A program made the position numbers and the translations under genes. A model generated the notes under the pieces. That model made no database searches and was not told where the DNA came from. It saw only the letters and a program-made list of their open reading frames with translations. Of a stretch of DNA of 64,000 nt, positions 62,467 through 64,000 are shown one piece after another. Positions within the stretch are counted from its first letter, which is position 1, and every line of letters starts with the position of its first letter. Source of the DNA: Isurus oxyrinchus (Eukaryota); NCBI GenBank assembly GCA_026770705.1, contig JANJGN010000014.1:114762001-114826000 (forward strand), in the 5' to 3' direction.

Positions 62467-64000
62467 CACATAAATAAATCACCCACGCGCTTCAAAAAAA
62501 AGGGGGAATAAACTAGAGGGATACCCCTCAAATTTCTTGCCATTTGCCATTGGGTCTGACATGGTAAGTTATTTTTACTAAGCCTAACTTTCAAATATGG
62601 CAAGACAATTGACCCATTTAAAAGTTCACCTGCTATCTGTTTTGCTTCCCTAATAAGTTTGGCTTAGTCTTAGATTAGCTAAACATCTGAAAGGAGATGG
62701 GTGTGTTCACAACCATTTAAAAAAAACCCTTGAAATTGTTTAATGGATTTGAGAACCAACAATAGGAACAAATTGGGTTTTCATTTCATACACCATGCAA
62801 GTTCAAACCATTCTAAGCACAGCAGTGCCTCAACATTTGTTGTCGTTAATGTGGAACCAGCCAATTCCTGTTCATGCAGCACTAGAAGTGTTGGTTTTCC
62901 TGTTCATCCTAATCTAAATAAACAGAAAGCGTAGTGTCTAAACCCTCCTTCTTTTCAAGTTTTGAACTGGTTTAATTTTTTGAATTAACTTAGCAATGTG
63001 AAATAAACACAATTTTTTTTGAATAGTGGCAGTTTTTGATAGTGTAAATGTTTGGCTCAGTTCTAATTTATGCGACTACAAAATAAAGAAGGACCAACTC
63101 AGATGTTCATTGCTTGGTAATTCAGCCTGTAATGTAATGGGCAGCACCTTGTAAATGCAACTTTTGAAAAACAAATGGTTGTCTAGGTTTTTTTTCTGTT
63201 AATTAAATAAACTACCTGTATAATACTCCTTCTTGCAAGATCTGGTCTTTTGCAGAAATTCTGAAGCCTTTTAAACAGCTGTTCAGGTGTAGAGTAGAGA
63301 TACACATCTGTAAGTATATCAGATGGAAGTTTTTGTGAAACAAGCCTGAGAGAATGTATGTAAACATTAAGTCATTTTACTAATTAGCACTACATACTGT
63401 TCAGCTTTCTATGGGAATCTGAAGCAAACAAACAGAACATAGCTCTGGTATTAGGTACAGTAAGATGGATGTTATGGAAGGAGAGTGTACATATAATGCA
63501 ATTTGCAGTGCTAACCCCTTGGTGAGAATCCATACTCCTGCTAGAAAATAAAGCTTTGTTTTATAGGTCAAACTCTAGCTTCAAAAGATACTATAGGTTC
63601 AATCAGTATTTCAAATTGCAATCCTTCATTTGTTCTCGTGTTACCTCTCAATTTACATAGAATTCTACCACTGTGCCATACCTTGTGAAGGTTCTGTCAA
63701 AACCAGGGTTGGGCAATTTCCTGGAATTGTTCTCACTCAGCCACATACAGCAACGTAATGCTGGTGGAACAGGAGCAGCTCCAATAAATTTTACGGCCCA
63801 TGTCTCCAAAAAGCAAAACAGAGGTCTCTGCACTGTGTGTACTGGGCAGGCCTTAGTAAGGTGACATCTTCAAAACAGACATCAACTCACTGGTGCCTCA
63901 AAATGCCAAGCAAAAAAGTAGCTTGGGAATAAAGATTCTGGCTTGGAGTTTGGCCATAGTTTGCTGTTGTGCCTCTGAATTCATGCTGGCATCAAACTAG

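Noticed and set aside
89-63864. ORF-track ORFs as host genes
   Set aside because: Those with recognisable motifs are broken TE proteins. The rest are short, antisense to TEs or unrecognisable.
63661-63864. Coding exon after the acceptor at 63660
   Set aside because: No recognisable peptide in any frame and only weak donors.
1-64000. CRISPR array, operon or prokaryotic defence system
   Set aside because: No repeat-spacer array or gene-dense coding; the content is vertebrate TE-rich DNA.

Overview
Eukaryotic, TE-dense genomic DNA from a cartilaginous fish. It is most likely a shark: SacSINE1/DeuSINE-like SINEs, HER1-like CR1 LINEs and elasmobranch-type Penelope termini are present, though the species cannot be fixed from sequence alone. 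I recognise no host protein-coding exon, RNA gene or CRISPR array, and the ORFs I can assign are decayed transposon fragments. About half the window is interspersed repeat: CR1, a second CR1/L2-group LINE with its partner tRNA-SINE, L2, RTE, Tx1, Penelope-like elements, two probable solo LTRs, and PIF/Harbinger transposons (HARBI1-like transposase plus spliced Myb/SANT gene) with their MITEs. The rest is AT-rich unique sequence with homeodomain/POU-motif-rich patches that may be conserved enhancers. There are three main observations. (1) A family of short TSD-flanked palindromic retro-insertions is built from two inverted Penelope termini carrying minimal hammerhead-ribozyme motifs, and the best-preserved copy has a non-canonical CUGUCGA core on both strands. 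(2) A ~470-bp SINE is inflated to 5.7 kb by five nested insertions. (3) Two different Harbinger families appear to have inserted at the same CAG of two SacSINE1 copies, suggesting extended target preference. Coordinates were read by eye and the boundaries of old elements are approximate.
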